From NCBI GenBank assembly GCA_050943595.1, contig JBMNPM010000003.1, positions 86,476-150,475 of the forward strand: a stretch of DNA of 64,000 nucleotides, in the 5' to 3' direction. The notes under the pieces were generated by a model. That model was not told the DNA's origin and made no database searches. It saw only the letters and a list, made by a program, of their open reading frames with translations. Position 1 is the stretch's first letter. Each line of letters begins with the position of its first letter. The translations under genes were made by a program, and so were the position numbers. This DNA is from Thermoleophilia bacterium (GTDB lineage Bacteria; Actinomycetota; Thermoleophilia; RBG-16-64-13). Shown piece by piece: positions 44,961 through 57,640 of this stretch.

Positions 44961-47734
44961 CCCATCACCTCCACCAACTCCCGGGCCTTAGCCAGTTCCG
45001 CTTCGCGCCCGTGAACCTCCCCGTCTACCCGCATCTCCCGGAGTTTCTCCAGCACCATACCGACGGCCGGACCCCTTTTCATACCCATAGCCAGGAGATC
45101 ATCACCCCCTACGCTGATGGTACGATGGCGGATATCCTCCACATACCGGCGTATTCGGGACTGTGCCACCGCGTCTGTGCTGCCTGCGGAGGCGAACACC
45201 AGTGCCTCCATGGGCATCTTCCGCAGCAACCGGTAGATATCCCAGTCGGTTATCTGCTCTCCGGCCAGCCGTACAGCCAAAACCGGTCCTACTACGACCC
45301 CCTGCCGGACCACCTCGCTGTCGCCCCGCTTGAGTTTGAGCTTGTCGAGCCACATATAAAGCTCCTCGTGATCCATATTGCGGGTAACGGCCGTCAGCCG
45401 CAGGCGCCAGCTTATCACTTCGTCCCGCAGGCCGAGCTCAGTCACCAGCGCATCCATCCGACTCACCAACTCAACCGTCTTGGCCCCAGTGGCCAATCGG
45501 GGATGGACTTCGCGGGCCACGCCGAGTTCGAAGAGACGGTTGAGCGTCCAACTCACATCGGCTTCGCTGAACAGGGGAATGAGCTCCTCACGTAGGCGTA
45601 CGCTGGAGAGGTCGCCTACCAGGTGCATGTCCACGCAGCTCTTGGCAAAGGCCTTGGTCGGCTCGTCCATGCGAAAGCCAAAGCGGTTCTCGTAGCGCAC
45701 CGCACGGAAGATCCGAGTGGGATCTTCGATAAAACTCAGATTGTGCAACACGCGGATGGTGCCTTCACGTAAGTCTCGTAGGCCACCGAAGAAATCGAGG
45801 ACCACTCCCAGGTCACGTCCACACAGAGAGATAGCCATGGCGTTGATGGTGAAATCGCGCCGGAAGAGATCCTGGCGGATGGAGGCGTGTTCGACACGGG
45901 GTAGGGCCGCCGGATAGTCGTAGAACTCAGTGCGCGTGGTGGCCACATCGACGTGGAAAGGTTCGCCGGCGTCGTGCAGCCAAACCGGCGCCTCACCCAG
46001 GACGGCAGAGGGAAGGAGTACCACGGCCGTCTTAAATTTGTGGTGCGCACGTACGCGGCCGCCCAGCTGAGCGGCCAGCCGCTTGGCGAATGCGATCCCA
46101 TCGCCCTCCACGGCGATATCGACGTCGGAGTTGGGTTTCTCCAAAAGGAGGTCGCGGACGAAACCACCCACCAGATAGACGCCCGCAAAGTCCTCGGACA
46201 GAGCCGAGCAGACTCGGAACAGATGGCCGAAAAAGGGATGGTCGGCCAGCTCTCCGAGCCTGCATACCTGCGGCTCCGGCGCCAGCAGCTGTTCCTTCTC
46301 CCAGCGTCCCTGATAGGCAGCCAGGACGTCTGTCCGTGTGACTATGCCGATGACATCATCCACTCCGGCCCGTGCCTCGGCCTGAGCCTGCTCGTAGGCG
46401 TGATCGGACACCACCGGGACGCGTCCAATATTGCCTTCCACCATGATGCGGCGCAGTCCGTCCAAGGTGGTCGACGCACGGGCAAAGATGATGTTACGGG
46501 TCATGACACCTTTGACCGGAGCGTGGCCTAAGCCATGACGCATGGCCTTGTCGAGATCCCGGCGGGCTACGATACCAACCATATCGCCATCCGACCGCAC
46601 ACACGTGCCCGAATGGCCGTACCGCTGAGCAGTGACCAGAGCCTCGGTCACCGGCGTGTCGGCATCGACGAAGCGGACAGGACGACTCATGATCTCCCCG
46701 GCCTTCTGTACCGCCAGACCCAGTTTAGTCCGGTCGAGGGCCGTCAGTATCCGATCGAGCACGGACTGCGGATCGGCATCACGGATCAGAGCCGAAGCCG
46801 CCTGGGCGTGCCCCCCTCCACCGACGGCGCGCAGGAGGGCCCCCACGTCTACCGAGCCGGCCCGCGAACGAGCTGTGACGAAAATGCGGCCCTCCATACA
46901 CACTGCCTGGATCAGGATCTCGGCGTTGAGGAGATCCATGAGTTTGTGGGCTATGACACTTAGACCGTCGACGTAGTTGGGTATCTCCAGAGCTGCGGTG
47001 TGCACATCGATACCCTGTACGCGCCGCACCTGCACAGCGTCGACCATGCGCATGAGCACTTCCCGCTGGTCAGCGGCCAACGCGCTGCGGAGAAAACGTT
47101 CGATAAGAGCCTGGGTGGCGCCCAAGCGCATAGCTGCGGCCAACATCTCAGCATCACGGATGGTGGTCCTGGGAAAGGTGAGCGATCCCGTGTCTTCGTG
47201 GATACCCAGCGCGAAGATGGTGGCGGCCAACTGGGATATCTCCACCCCCCGCTCAAGGAGAAGGTGGAGCAAAGAGGCAGCCGAGGACCCATCGGAAGAC
47301 AACACCCAATTCTCTCCCTTGACGAACGCCGGTCGCTCCACGTGCTCACCGGAGTGGTGGTCGAAGACGACCACCTCCACATCGGGCCTGTACACCAGGT
47401 TGCCCAGTTCGCCGATGCGCTCCGGATCGGCTGTGTCGACCATGATCAACTGCCTTATTTTGCTCTGATCGATGAGGCGCAGATTCATGATGGGCAGATT
47501 CTCGCCGTACAGGGACACGAACTCACGGACATTTGGGTTGAGCGAACCGCCGAAGACTATGCGCGCTCCGGGGTACAGGAGCGAGGCCCCCACGGCCGCT
47601 GCCAGAGCGTCAAAATCGGAGTTCTGGTGGGTGGTTATTACCGTGGGAATCTCGATGAGTGAAGGTGTCACCGTCATGGACATCAGTATACCCGGCGCCT
47701 GTGCACACAGGAGATGCTGCCCTACTACCCACAC
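44957..47734 (-). CDS. multidomain DHH-DHHA1 / CBS pair / polyA-polymerase-family tRNA nucleotidyltransferase (CCA-adding-enzyme-like)
   Basis: DHH motifs (HQNSDFDA, MVDTAD, DHH, GIHEDTG), two CBS domains, then the head domain GGFVRDLLLEKPNSDVDIAV...RRDFTINAMA; the start may be MSMTVTP at 47683 or 47677. Confidence 0.8.
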   Translation of the reverse strand: MWVVGQHLLCAQAPGILMSMTVTPSLIEIPTVITTHQNSDFDALAAAVGASLLYPGARIVFGGSLNPNVREFVSLYGENLPIMNLRLIDQSKIRQLIMVDTADPERIGELGNLVYRPDVEVVVFDHHSGEHVERPAFVKGENWVLSSDGSSAASLLHLLLERGVEISQLAATIFALGIHEDTGSLTFPRTTIRDAEMLAAAMRLGATQALIERFLRSALAADQREVLMRMVDAVQVRRVQGIDVHTAALEIPNYVDGLSVIAHKLMDLLNAEILIQAVCMEGRIFVTARSRAGSVDVGALLRAVGGGGHAQAASALIRDADPQSVLDRILTALDRTKLGLAVQKAGEIMSRPVRFVDADTPVTEALVTAQRYGHSGTCVRSDGDMVGIVARRDLDKAMRHGLGHAPVKGVMTRNIIFARASTTLDGLRRIMVEGNIGRVPVVSDHAYEQAQAEARAGVDDVIGIVTRTDVLAAYQGRWEKEQLLAPEPQVCRLGELADHPFFGHLFRVCSALSEDFAGVYLVGGFVRDLLLEKPNSDVDIAVEGDGIAFAKRLAAQLGGRVRAHHKFKTAVVLLPSAVLGEAPVWLHDAGEPFHVDVATTRTEFYDYPAALPRVEHASIRQDLFRRDFTINAMAISLCGRDLGVVLDFFGGLRDLREGTIRVLHNLSFIEDPTRIFRAVRYENRFGFRMDEPTKAFAKSCVDMHLVGDLSSVRLREELIPLFSEADVSWTLNRLFELGVAREVHPRLATGAKTVELVSRMDALVTELGLRDEVISWRLRLTAVTRNMDHEELYMWLDKLKLKRGDSEVVRQGVVVGPVLAVRLAGEQITDWDIYRLLRKMPMEALVFASAGSTDAVAQSRIRRYVEDIRHRTISVGGDDLLAMGMKRGPAVGMVLEKLREMRVDGEVHGREAELAKARELVEVMG

Positions 47735-49779
47735 TCCGTCCGTCGCCAGTAGTCGACCACAGCGGCAGCCGTCTCCGCGAAACGGTCGCCTGCGGCGGCC
47801 GCCCCGGCGAGGACATCCCCGTGCGAAGGCGGACCCACATTGGCTATCACAGCTACGGCGGCGACCAGCAGGCCTTCCTCTATAGCCGCCCGGGTTTCAG
47901 CCGCCAGAGACATGCTCACACAATCGGCGTCGAGAAAACCCAACACCTTCAGGTCGGTCTCCGTCTCGTAGTGTGGTCCCGGCAGGGCTGCATGAACGCC
48001 GACCTGCAGACCCCTCCCCGCTGCACCCCAGTCCTGCAGGTGCTTCAGCAGGTCGGCATCGCCGACCGGAATCCTGGCCGGGCCGGTCGCGGTGGACGGC
48101 TGCTGTAGGTCAATGATCTCGCTCACCACCACGTGGTCCCCGATCGAGAGCCCGTCAGCAACGGTGCCGGCGGCACTGGAGAGCAGAATACCGCGCACAC
48201 CCCAAGCCGCCAACGTACGCACCGCCAACTGCGTCTCACTCAGATCGAAGCCCTCGTAGCCGTGAGCCCTGCCTCTGAGCAGAGCAACACGTTCTCCAGC
48301 CACCCGGGCCCACGAAAGTCGACCGACGTGCCCCTGTACCAGACTTCGGCGCCAATGTGGCACCTGCTCGTAGGCGATCTCTTCGCCGAGCGGCCCGTCC
48401 GTTTCGGTCGCGTCCGTGGCGAAGGCGCCCCCGGCTAGACCGGACCCCAGCACAATCGCCCACCGAGGAGATGGTCCTAACCGTCGCTGCAGCCACTCGG
48501 CCGCTTCGCGGACCTCAACCGGCCCCACCCGGCAGGGAAGCATCGGACCACAACCCGTCGGCGCAATCTGGACCGGCGTGTAGCGCCGCCAGCCACGACC
48601 GGGCTTCAGTTCGGTGATGCACGCGCCGGGCAGCGGTGACCGGCCGCCCACCAGATGTGCATAGACGGTGGCTCCGGTGTCGCTGAACGCCCCTTCGTAC
48701 ACAGCCATAGGAGTATCGGCCGGACGAGGATAGAGAAGCAGAGGCACATACTCCCGGCTGTGATCGGTGCTGGGCGTGGTGGGATCGACGCCGTGATCCG
48801 CCGAGATGATGAGACGATCATCGAGTCTAAGTAGGGCCAGTATCTCGGGCAAGGCCGCGTCCACGGCTTCCAGGCCCCGGGCGAAACCCTCGGCATCGTT
48901 CCGATGTCCCCAGACCATATCGAAATCGACAAGGTTGGTGAACAGAAACCCCTCGCTGAAGTCGGCTCTCGTACTGGAGCCACGCAGGAGATCGATTAAC
49001 AGGGCCAGATTCTCATCGTTGGAGCCGACCTTCAACGTGGTACTCACTCCGTGACCCACGAAGACCTCACTGATCTTGCCCACAGCCAACACCGGTACAC
49101 CGGCATCGCGGAGGAGATCGAGATACGTCGCCCGGGGCGGCGCCAGAGAGAAGTCCCGCCGGTCTTTGGTGCGCACAAAGCCGCCTACGGGGCCGGTGAA
49201 GGGACGAGCGATCACCCGGGCCACAGAGTGCGGTCCCGTGAGTAATCCGCGCGCGATCTCGCACCATTCGTATAACAGTTCTAAGGGGACGACATCCGTA
49301 TGGGTTGCTATCTGAAAGACGCTATCGGCCGATGTGTAGACAATAGGCCGGCCGCTCTTTACATGCTCCTCCCCCAGCTCCGCAATGATGGCTGTGCCCG
49401 AGGCCGGTCTGTTGCCAAGCACCCCGCGGCAGATCTGTTGCGAGAAAGGCATCAGGATCTCCTCGGGAAACCCCCGCGGGTAGGTAGGAAAGGGCTCGCT
49501 GGTGATGAGTCCCATGTGCTCCCAATGCCCCACCGTGGTGTCCTTGCCCGCAGACAGACAGGCCAACCTGCCGGTAAGGGCCAAAGGGATGTCCACGGGC
49601 GGCACGCCTACTATGGGGAGGATGGTGCCCAGTCCCAGCCGGAGCAAATTGGGAAGGTCCAGATCGACCACCCGGCTGAGATTGCCCAGGGTGTCAGACC
49701 CCGTGTCCCCGTACTGGGCGGCGTCGGGCAACTCTCCCGCTCCAACCCCGTCCAGCATGATGAAGATAAAGCGAGTCAT
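47725..49779 (-). CDS. phosphopentomutase (DeoB) fused to purine nucleoside phosphorylase (PunA-type)
   Basis: N-terminal 390 aa: FIMLDGVGAGE and the metalloenzyme-superfamily DeoB pattern. C-terminal ~270 aa: GSGLAG...HVGRL...LRGRAHGYEG, a PNP-I signature. No stop or frame change between them. Confidence 0.8.
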   Translation of the reverse strand: MTRFIFIMLDGVGAGELPDAAQYGDTGSDTLGNLSRVVDLDLPNLLRLGLGTILPIVGVPPVDIPLALTGRLACLSAGKDTTVGHWEHMGLITSEPFPTYPRGFPEEILMPFSQQICRGVLGNRPASGTAIIAELGEEHVKSGRPIVYTSADSVFQIATHTDVVPLELLYEWCEIARGLLTGPHSVARVIARPFTGPVGGFVRTKDRRDFSLAPPRATYLDLLRDAGVPVLAVGKISEVFVGHGVSTTLKVGSNDENLALLIDLLRGSSTRADFSEGFLFTNLVDFDMVWGHRNDAEGFARGLEAVDAALPEILALLRLDDRLIISADHGVDPTTPSTDHSREYVPLLLYPRPADTPMAVYEGAFSDTGATVYAHLVGGRSPLPGACITELKPGRGWRRYTPVQIAPTGCGPMLPCRVGPVEVREAAEWLQRRLGPSPRWAIVLGSGLAGGAFATDATETDGPLGEEIAYEQVPHWRRSLVQGHVGRLSWARVAGERVALLRGRAHGYEGFDLSETQLAVRTLAAWGVRGILLSSAAGTVADGLSIGDHVVVSEIIDLQQPSTATGPARIPVGDADLLKHLQDWGAAGRGLQVGVHAALPGPHYETETDLKVLGFLDADCVSMSLAAETRAAIEEGLLVAAVAVIANVGPPSHGDVLAGAAAAGDRFAETAAAVVDYWRRTECG

Positions 49780-50687
49780 TTCCCCCCAGTCCTCCGCGCC
49801 CGCGGATGAGCATCACGATAGATGTCCTGCAGATGAGCAGCCGACACGTGAGTGTAGATCTGCGTGGTCGATAAGTCGGCGTGGCCCAGCATCTCTTGGA
49901 CGGCACGCAGATCAGCCCCTCCTTCGAGGAGGTGGGTCGCGAAGCAGTGTCGCAACGTATGCGTCGAGACATCGTCGGGCAGGCCTGCTTGGCGCGCATA
50001 GCGCTTAACCGACTCATGGAGAGCCTGCCTGGACATACGACGACCCCGCGTGTTCAGAAACAATTCGGGGGCCTTCAGCCGGCCGGCCCCGCCTAATTGT
50101 GGACGGCCCCGCGCATTGTAGGCTCTGATGGCTTCGATGGCCTTGCGACCCAGCGGTACCACACGCTCCTTCCCCCCCTTCCCCAGCACCCGTACGAACC
50201 CCCCTTCTAGATCGAGGTCCTGGAGCCTGAGCGCGAGGGCCTCTGATGCGCGCAACCCCGCTCCGTAGATGGTCTCGAGAAGAGCTCGATCACGCAATCC
50301 TCCCGGCGTGGCCTGCGGAGCCGCCAACAAGCGCTCCACCTCTTCAATCGTAAGCGTGCGGGGCAGGTTCGACTCCAGCCTGGGACCGGCCAGCGAACTG
50401 CTGGGGTCGTATGTAGCGAGGCCGAGCACCACGCGACGCCGATAGAATGAACGGATGGCCGCCGCCTTACGGGCCCGCGAGGCAGGCCGCCATCCATCTG
50501 AGGCCAGGAACTCATGGAGATCGTCCGCCGAAGCCGTTTCCAAAGACGAGCCTCTATCCTTCAGGAAGGCGGAGAGCTGCGCAAGATCCCGACCGTAGGC
50601 TTCCACAGTGTGCTCCGACAGCCCCTGTTCCAGCCGCAGGGCACGGAGATGGAGGATCAAGGGTGATTCTTCCGGATACGGCTCCAT
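49776..50687 (-). CDS. xerD: site-specific tyrosine recombinase XerD/XerC
   Basis: N-terminal SAM-like domain, catalytic R...HTLRHCFATHLL...LGHADLSTTQIYTHV. Confidence 0.85.
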   Translation of the reverse strand: MEPYPEESPLILHLRALRLEQGLSEHTVEAYGRDLAQLSAFLKDRGSSLETASADDLHEFLASDGWRPASRARKAAAIRSFYRRRVVLGLATYDPSSSLAGPRLESNLPRTLTIEEVERLLAAPQATPGGLRDRALLETIYGAGLRASEALALRLQDLDLEGGFVRVLGKGGKERVVPLGRKAIEAIRAYNARGRPQLGGAGRLKAPELFLNTRGRRMSRQALHESVKRYARQAGLPDDVSTHTLRHCFATHLLEGGADLRAVQEMLGHADLSTTQIYTHVSAAHLQDIYRDAHPRARRTGGK

Positions 50688-50717
50688 ACGCAGGTCGAAT
50701 TCACATGTCTTAGAAGG

Positions 50718-51291
50718 CTACGTACATGGCCGGGCCATACCATCCTCAACGGTGCCCCGAACAAGGAGCAGAGTCGCCAGGGTCTTAGCATCGGTGAGTT
50801 CCTCACGCCGCCTGTAGAGGACTTCTAAGGGGTACCGCACCACGATGAGTTCCTCATCATCATCGGGGTCGCTTTCTACCTGTGTCAGTTCCCGGGCCAG
50901 AAAAGCGTGCAAGCATTCATTGGCAAAGCCCGGGGACGAATAAAAGCAGCCCAATGACGTCCAGTGTTCTGCCTCGATCCCCACTTCTTCGCGCAGTTCC
51001 CGCTTGGCGGCGGCCAGAGGCTCTTCGTCGGGTTCCAGCCCACCCGCCGGAAGCTCCAGTAAATTCTGCCTGATAGGATGGCGGTACTGCCGCACCATAT
51101 ACACATAGCCTTCGTGGTCGAGTGCGGCGATCACTACTGCTCCGGGGTGCTCGACGACTTCGCGCACGGTGGTTCCACCGTAAGGCAGAGTGATGTCGTC
51201 CACCTTCAGTGTGACGATCTTGCCCTCATACAACGTGCGCGAGGAGACCACTGTGGGCAGAAACAGACCGTCTTTCGACTGTGCCGCCCTG

Positions 51292-51299
<8 letters not shown>
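50718..51299 (-). CDS. NUDIX hydrolase (ADP-ribose pyrophosphatase-like)
   Basis: Nudix box GGLEPDEEPLAAAKRELREEVG; the ATG at 51299 is preferred over 51338. Confidence 0.8.
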
Positions 51300-54179
<2,880 letters not shown>

Positions 54180-54184
54180 CTAGT

Positions 54185-55930
54185 CTAGCAGATGGCCGTC
54201 CGGCCCCTCTCCCAAAGTCGACGGGCGTGTGCCATGGCTTCGGGGTCATCGGGACGGCCGCCCATCATACGGCATAACTCCTCGACCACATCGGCACCCT
54301 TGAGAAGACGGAGACGGGTGGCGGCGGTTGGACCATCTACCCCAACACCAGAAGCGTCCGTTGCCGAACGTATGGTCTTCTCGATGAGGTAGTGCCGGTC
54401 GGCCAAGGCTGCCACTGTCGCCAGGTGCGTCACCACAATCAGCTGAGAGCGACAGGACAGCTCGCGCAGCTTGGCGGCCACGGCCACAGCCGTACGGCCG
54501 CCGATGCCGGCGTCGATCTCATCAAAGACCAGGGTCTCGTCACCGCCGGTTCCTGCCAGGGCACATTTGAGGGCCAGAAGAACACGGGAGAGCTCGCCTC
54601 CTGAAGCGGCCGCAGCCAGACCGCGGGGCGGCTGCCCCGGATTGGCGGCCAGGAGGAGCTCCACAGTCTCGGCGCCACTCTCTCGTAGACCCTCCCAGCC
54701 CGACCTTGCCCGAAGAGATACGCGGAAGGACGCCTCGGGCATCCCCAGGTCTATCAGCTGAGCCCGCACAGCCTCTTCCAGACGAGGTATGGCCTGTTCA
54801 CGCCTCTGAGACAGCTCGGCAGCCAGGGCCAGCGCATGCGCACAACATGTGGCCCATTCGTCTTTTAACCCCTGCAGGTCCTCCTCCGTACGTTCGAGGA
54901 CGGCAAGGCGCCCGCGCGAGTGCTCCAGATGTTCGAGGACCGCATCCGTCGACCCCCCATACTTGCGGGCCAGATCGGCATAAAGACGCAGGCGCCCATC
55001 GACCACCTCTAGTCGTTCTGGATCGGCATTGATGTGATCGGCATGCGCATGGAGTTCCCGCGACAACTCCGTCAAACGGTACTGGACATCGACAAGCCCA
55101 GCGGCCAGCGCGTCTAATGCGTCATCCACTCCGGTCAGTCGAGCCAGTTGTGCGGAGGCCTGAGCCACAAGCCGGTTAACATCCGGCTCATGGCGCTCGT
55201 TGCTGAGAAGATCTGCGACCAGCCCCACACCCATCAGCAACTCTTCTGCATGCGCGAGTACGCGCTGTTCAGCGGCGAGCGCCTCTTCTTCGGCCGTCGA
55301 CAACCCTGCCGCCGTCAATTCATCCACCTCATACCGAAGTAGACGTATCTCCCGAAGTCGCGCTTCTCCAGACCGCTCGGCCTCATCGAGAGCCCGGAGC
55401 GTCTCCGTGGCATGACGAAAAGCGCGGATGTACCGATCATTCAGATCAGCGCTGTCCGGTCCGGACCACTCATCCAACACCCTGAGCTGATACGCAGGGT
55501 CGAGAAGCTGCCGGTATTCGTGCTGTCCTGCGAAGGAGAGCAGCCGGGCGAGCAACACGCTCATGGCATTTAGCGTCACGGCAGCCCCATTAATGTAGCA
55601 GCGGTTCCGTCCGCCGCGACTGAGACGCCGCGTGACAATGAGTTCCTCTACGGAGCCTCCTGCCTGGGGAGAGATGAGATCGCGTATCTGCTCAGACACG
55701 CCGCTGAGGAGTGCATCATCCACGTCGAAGACGGCCTCTATACAGGCCTCCTCCCCGGCAGGGCCGATGAGTCCCTCCTCAGCCCGCTCTCCCATAAGAA
55801 GACCCAGAGCCTTGGTGAGGAGGGTTTTGCCAGCCCCCGTCTCCCCGGTGAGCACTGTGAGGCCATCGCCGAATTCCAGCACCGCGTCCTCAATGAGGAC
55901 GAAGTTACGAATGCTGAGTGATACCAACAT
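54185..55930 (-). CDS. recN: DNA repair protein RecN
   Basis: Walker A GETGAGKT, long coiled coil, C-terminal SMC-type signature. Confidence 0.9.
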   Translation of the reverse strand: MLVSLSIRNFVLIEDAVLEFGDGLTVLTGETGAGKTLLTKALGLLMGERAEEGLIGPAGEEACIEAVFDVDDALLSGVSEQIRDLISPQAGGSVEELIVTRRLSRGGRNRCYINGAAVTLNAMSVLLARLLSFAGQHEYRQLLDPAYQLRVLDEWSGPDSADLNDRYIRAFRHATETLRALDEAERSGEARLREIRLLRYEVDELTAAGLSTAEEEALAAEQRVLAHAEELLMGVGLVADLLSNERHEPDVNRLVAQASAQLARLTGVDDALDALAAGLVDVQYRLTELSRELHAHADHINADPERLEVVDGRLRLYADLARKYGGSTDAVLEHLEHSRGRLAVLERTEEDLQGLKDEWATCCAHALALAAELSQRREQAIPRLEEAVRAQLIDLGMPEASFRVSLRARSGWEGLRESGAETVELLLAANPGQPPRGLAAAASGGELSRVLLALKCALAGTGGDETLVFDEIDAGIGGRTAVAVAAKLRELSCRSQLIVVTHLATVAALADRHYLIEKTIRSATDASGVGVDGPTAATRLRLLKGADVVEELCRMMGGRPDDPEAMAHARRLWERGRTAIC

Positions 55931-55944
55931 GGTGCCCAGTCGCT

Positions 55945-56805
55945 CTAGAGCAGGCGATCACGGAAGTGATGATAGAGGCTGTCACCCTTGAGGAGGGCCA
56001 GTGACGTCATCGCCGGTGTAGTGCGAATCTGCAGTGTAGCCCCTGGTGCCAGCACAGCCAGGTGCTGGCCGTCGACGTCCACGTGACAGTCGAGCTCACC
56101 TCCGATGTTGACAATATTGAGGACATCCTGCGGAGCCGCCACCACCGGACGTACACCCACCAGATGCGCCGCTACCAGACTGATGACGTAGGCCTGGACG
56201 GATATGCTGATAAGTGGTCCGCCCGCAGCCAAGCTGTAGGCCGACGAACCTGCCGGCGTACCAACTACGACACCGTCGCACAAAACCTCGAAAAGTGTTA
56301 CGCCGTTGATGGTCAGAGCCAGAGGACAGGGACGTGAACCATCCCCCTTCCTCACCACAACGTCGTTAGTAGCACGAAACGTCGTAGACCCGAGAGTCGC
56401 CTCCAGGTCCAGAAGCGGATACTCCACGAAATCGCCATCGATCAGACGATCGATCCCGGTATCAAGCTCCTGGGGCAGTATGGTGGTGAGGAAACCCACT
56501 CGTCCCAGGTTGACCCCGGCCACCGGTATCCCGTGATCGCGCGTGAGGTGGAAGGCCTGCAACATGGTGCCATCTCCACCCAGCGCCAGACATAGACCGA
56601 CTCCTTCCAGGCCAGCGGAGCCGTCGGTCATGTTTTTCGCGCCCACCTCCCCTAAAAGAACTCGGTGCTTGTCCCATTCGCTATCAGGAAGCAACACCTC
56701 AATGCCACGCTTCCTCAGTAGGGCCAACGAATCATGTAGGGGACCGGCAGCCACGGCAGGATTCCCATGGGTCATGATGACGACCCGCCCTATGTGATGT
56801 GTCAC
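55945..56805 (-). CDS. nadK: NAD kinase
   Basis: GGDGTML and NE/D short-motif region. Confidence 0.9.
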   Translation of the reverse strand: MTHHIGRVVIMTHGNPAVAAGPLHDSLALLRKRGIEVLLPDSEWDKHRVLLGEVGAKNMTDGSAGLEGVGLCLALGGDGTMLQAFHLTRDHGIPVAGVNLGRVGFLTTILPQELDTGIDRLIDGDFVEYPLLDLEATLGSTTFRATNDVVVRKGDGSRPCPLALTINGVTLFEVLCDGVVVGTPAGSSAYSLAAGGPLISISVQAYVISLVAAHLVGVRPVVAAPQDVLNIVNIGGELDCHVDVDGQHLAVLAPGATLQIRTTPAMTSLALLKGDSLYHHFRDRLL

Positions 56806-57635
56806 GTCTGACTCACCGCCCCATCGTTGGACACTCGGGGGACCAGCGTATCTACGGCCGCCTCCAGCGTATCAAGTCCCCAGCCGCTTTCTCCACCCCG
56901 CACCAGATGCAAAAAGAACTCCACATTGCCGTTGGTGCCCGGCAATCCCGACCCGCAGACGCCCAGGAGCCGGGCGTCCAACTCCACAATTACGAAGCGC
57001 CCCAGGTTGAGCAGAACCTCACGGTGCACTTCAGGGTCGCGGACGATCCCCCCCTTCCCCACCTGGTGAGGTCCGGCTTCGAACTGTGGCTTGACGAGTA
57101 CCAGACCCCGACAACCGGGGGCCATGCAACCCATGACGGCAGGCAGTACCTTGCTGACGGAGATAAAGGAGATGTCCATGGTGAACAGATCGGGGATGAA
57201 GGGAAGCAGTTCGGAAGTGAGGTAGCGCGCGTTCACCCTCTCCACCGGATGGACGAGAGGATCGTTGCGTAACCTCCCGTCGAGCTGCCCCCTGCCAACG
57301 TCCAAGGCGATCACCCGCCGAGCCCCGGCCTGCAAGAGGCAGTCCACAAATCCCCCCGTGGAGGCACCCACATCCAGAGCCGATACTCCTGTCACATCTA
57401 CGGCAAACGTCTCGAGTGCGTACGCGAGCTTCTCTCCGGCTCGTGATACGAAGCGCGGCCTCTGCTTGAGGGCTATGTCTGCATCGGACGCTACAAGCAT
57501 GCCCGCCTTGTCACGCATCTGTCCATCGACCCGGACGAGGCCGGCCATAATGAGACCGCGAGCTGCACTGCGGGTAGGAGCCAACCCGTGCGCCACCACC
57601 ACCTCGTCCAAGCGCATCCGGGAGCTTTTGGCCAT
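56802..57635 (-). CDS. tlyA: TlyA-family rRNA (cytidine-2'-O)-methyltransferase
   Basis: S4 domain RLDEVVVAHGLAPTRSAARGLIMAG followed by an FtsJ-like MTase (LDVGASTGGF). Confidence 0.85.
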   Translation of the reverse strand: MAKSSRMRLDEVVVAHGLAPTRSAARGLIMAGLVRVDGQMRDKAGMLVASDADIALKQRPRFVSRAGEKLAYALETFAVDVTGVSALDVGASTGGFVDCLLQAGARRVIALDVGRGQLDGRLRNDPLVHPVERVNARYLTSELLPFIPDLFTMDISFISVSKVLPAVMGCMAPGCRGLVLVKPQFEAGPHQVGKGGIVRDPEVHREVLLNLGRFVIVELDARLLGVCGSGLPGTNGNVEFFLHLVRGGESGWGLDTLEAAVDTLVPRVSNDGAVSQT

Positions 57636-57640
57636 CCCCC

